From positions 248,001 through 312,000 of the forward strand of contig NW_026933200.1 in assembly GCF_032062105.1 (NCBI RefSeq): a DNA stretch of 64,000 nucleotides. The letters run 5' to 3'. A program made the position numbers and the translations under genes. The notes under the pieces were generated by a model, which saw nothing but the letters and a program-made list of their open reading frames with translations, had not been told where the DNA came from and did not search any database. Below, piece by piece: positions 61,870-64,000 of the stretch (within the stretch, counting starts at the first letter, position 1; the number at the start of each line of letters is the position of its first letter). The stretch is from Saccostrea cucullata (lineage: Eukaryota).

Positions 61870-63839
61870 TAAAATACAGTAAAATTACACTAGATCTAAT
61901 GCGTTGTTAACATCAGTGGGTCTTTGTGACGTCATACAAACACAAAATCATGAACGATAAGCAAGTAACAAATTTATCAAGTGGACAAGTTTAGGCCTTC
62001 ATTTTTCTGTTAAACAAAAGCAAATTTTTTTTACCAAACGTAATTTAACATTCTTTTATACCAGTCTTTATGTTTAATAAGTAAAATCTAAGCGTAATGA
62101 ATTGTTTCGTATGACCTTTAAAAACTGAAAGAGGTGTTAAAGAAATTAAAGTTTATTGAGTTTTTACTTTCCCAATAGGAGCCTCGCCTTTCGACTCCTT
62201 CCAAGTGGCTGATGTGGGTGACGTGAACTTTAACCTTTACCATCTCCCCAAGGCCTGCGAGGACATCCGTGATCATTACCGGAAGTTGATCAGTACTGGG
62301 TGTGTTCCTCTGACGATGGGGGGAGACCATACCATCAGTTACCCGATACTCCAGGCCCTGAAGGTTAGAGGGAGGGGCTAATTATTAAAACACAAGTTAA
62401 GTTTGTCTGGGAAAAATAAAGCGGGGTACAAAGAATACCTTGCATCAATTTTCAGTGGAATTTTCTTTCAGAAAACATACTCTGCCACCGTCGCCCGGAA
62501 AGATTTTGAGATATGTGATTTTTCAAAGCAGTTTACACAACATGTCCAAAAATTAAAGTGGGCGACGGTAGCAGACTCTATTTTCTAAACGAAAATTAGA
62601 GGAGTAATGTGTCATTTTGAAGCTTTTCTGCATTAAACTTAGAAATGTACCAAATTAATGACGTCATGTTTCCAGAAAGGTCCTCCTTCATGCCATATTC
62701 TTTAATAATTTATCATATTCATCTACTCAACTATTGTTGAGGCCAATTTTATAACTTTTTAAGGACATAAAATTTTTAGGGCGCAATAAAGCTCAAACCG
62801 TACCTTCTGAATCTACCCCTTTTTTTCACCCCCACTCAGGGTTCTGAAGTATCAAAGTTCTGTTAAAAGATTTTAAGTTTCATTTCAGCAACTTACAATT
62901 ACGATATTTTTTTTTTCATTTTCAGTAATGCGATTATAGTGTTATGGTACCTGAGTATTAAAACTATGTTAATTTATGAATGACTTGAAACAAATACACA
63001 TTTCGACACCAGTAGGTGCAGGGGGTAGGGTAGGGAATCAAAGTTTTACATAGGTACACCTACTGGGCTACTATGGTATAAATTTCCTATACATTACAGG
63101 AGAGGTACGGGCCCGTGGGTATGGTACACGTGGACGCTCACTCAGACACCAGCGACACGATGCTGGGGGAGAAGATCGCGCACGGGACACCCTTCCGTCG
63201 GGCGGTGGAGGACGGATGTTTGGACCCCAACAGAGTGATCCAGATTGGCTTACGGGGATCAAATTATTCAGTGGAAGACTATGACTGGGCCAAAAGTCAG
63301 GTAAAGATCGCAAAAAGGCCGGGGGTGGGGGGGGGGGGGGGGTAACAGTTTCCATAATCACAAAAACTCTTATACTTAGAATCTATAATTACTTTCAAGA
63401 TATGTTGCGATGTTTATGCTTGGTCAGTTGTAGTTTTCTATCCTACATATTTAGGGATTTCGGATAGTGACAGCACAGGATTGCTGGCACAAGTCCCTGG
63501 CCCCCCTTATGAAGGAGGTTCACGAGATGATGGGTGATAAACCAGTCTACATTTCATTTGACATTGACGGACTTGACCCCGCATTTGCTCCTGGAACAGG
63601 TAAATTATTTTGTATGCTAGACTACGCAGTAAGCGAAAACTTGGGTAATTATTTTGTATCCTAGACTACGTAGTAAGCGAAAACTTGGGTACAATTTCAC
63701 ATTTGTATTTTAACTGGTACGAATAATTAAGATTTGATTGTCAGGTACCCCCGAGATAGGAGGACTGACCTCTATACAGGGACTGGAAATTGTCCGGGGC
63801 TGCAGGGGACTGAATGTCATCGGGGGAGATCTCGTAGAG
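55083..63839 (+). CDS. AGMAT: Ureohydrolase, AGMAT (agmatinase/guanidino acid hydrolase) orthologue; last exon(s) beyond the window
   Basis: Exons 55083-55233, 56280-56405, 62179-62363, 63100-63300, 63455-63599 and 63745-63839 join in frame. Mitochondrial-type presequence [78 protein letters not shown] and GDLVE. Confidence 0.94.
56624..57957. mobile_element. Non-autonomous mariner-like element (1.33 kb)
   Basis: TA|cgaggggcgttcaataaataatgtcatcag … ctgatgacattatttattgaacgtccctcg|TA; no transposase ORF. Confidence 0.88.
57971..58868. mobile_element. Fully palindromic foldback element with 21-bp internal repeats, IS3EU-like
   Basis: gagcaa|tatggtggcatatttctgccccttgtgtgc … gcacacaaggggcagaaatatgccaccata|gagcaa; 6-bp TSD; arms meet with no spacer at 58440/58441. 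Confidence 0.88.
60405..61869 (-). mobile_element. Young HINE/Helentron-type element with a 166-bp satellite array (Cg170/HindIII-like)
   Basis: Ends aacaagaggcccaggggccacagcgctcacctgagc and aagctcacttgagccttcggctcaggtgagctaa; (acgac) microsatellite; monomer starts at 60695, 60861, 61027, 61193, 61358 and 61524 (spacing 166, 166, 166, 165, 166). Confidence 0.92.
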
Positions 63840-64000
63840 GTAAGTCAGGAACAGGTGCGATGAAATTACCAAGTATTTCATAGCTACAAATACAGCACAA
63901 AAAATGCCGGGCGTTTCATATATAATCTTACTAGAAAATTCTAGCATTGTTAATTATATAATTGTTGATGAGACATTTGGAAAAAAGGATTAGAAATCAC

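Larger units (their letters stand above)
56571..62117. mobile_element. Kolobok-type non-autonomous element hosting three nested insertions
   Basis: TTAA|aggtcatacgaaacaa … ttgtttcgtatgacct|TTAA: perfect 16-bp TIRs with AG termini and a TTAA TSD. Confidence 0.82.

Noticed and set aside
63320-63343. G-run near an AGMAT donor as a regulatory G-quadruplex
   Set aside because: G and C homopolymers are frequent throughout the window and error-prone in assemblies.

Overview
Eukaryotic, AT-rich, intron-containing DNA, most likely from a bivalve. An oyster (Crassostrea/Magallana) is inferred from Helentron-type elements carrying 166-bp satellite monomers. Seven spliced host genes were reconstructed by hand from GT-AG junctions and family motifs: the 3' part of an MCF2L/Dbs-type RhoGEF (+), heparan-sulfate 6-O-sulfotransferase (-), FBXO36 (+), FIS1 (+), SPRYD7 (-), an LRRC63-like gene (-), and the 5' part of an AGMAT-type ureohydrolase (+). 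A single-exon 473-aa SWIM + Ulp1-protease + PHD ORF of probable transposon origin sits between the divergent HS6ST and FBXO36 starts. Introns and intergenic DNA are dense with non-autonomous DNA transposons (Tc1/mariner-pogo-like, Harbinger-like, Kolobok-like, IS3EU-like, 9-bp-TSD elements, HINE/Helentron), a 10-bp minisatellite and a 5.3-kb 34-bp satellite. The most unusual observations are: (1) the intact SWIM-Ulp1-PHD ORF with no transposase; (2) an identically spaced X-box/YY1-ATG module shared by FBXO36 and LRRC63; (3) a synonymous-only duplicate of a FIS1 exon end; (4) repeated tandem duplications at splice sites; (5) two hairpin-headed elements, one apparently repaired with an inverted patch of neighbouring satellite. 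Family assignments come from recalled motifs; no database search was run.
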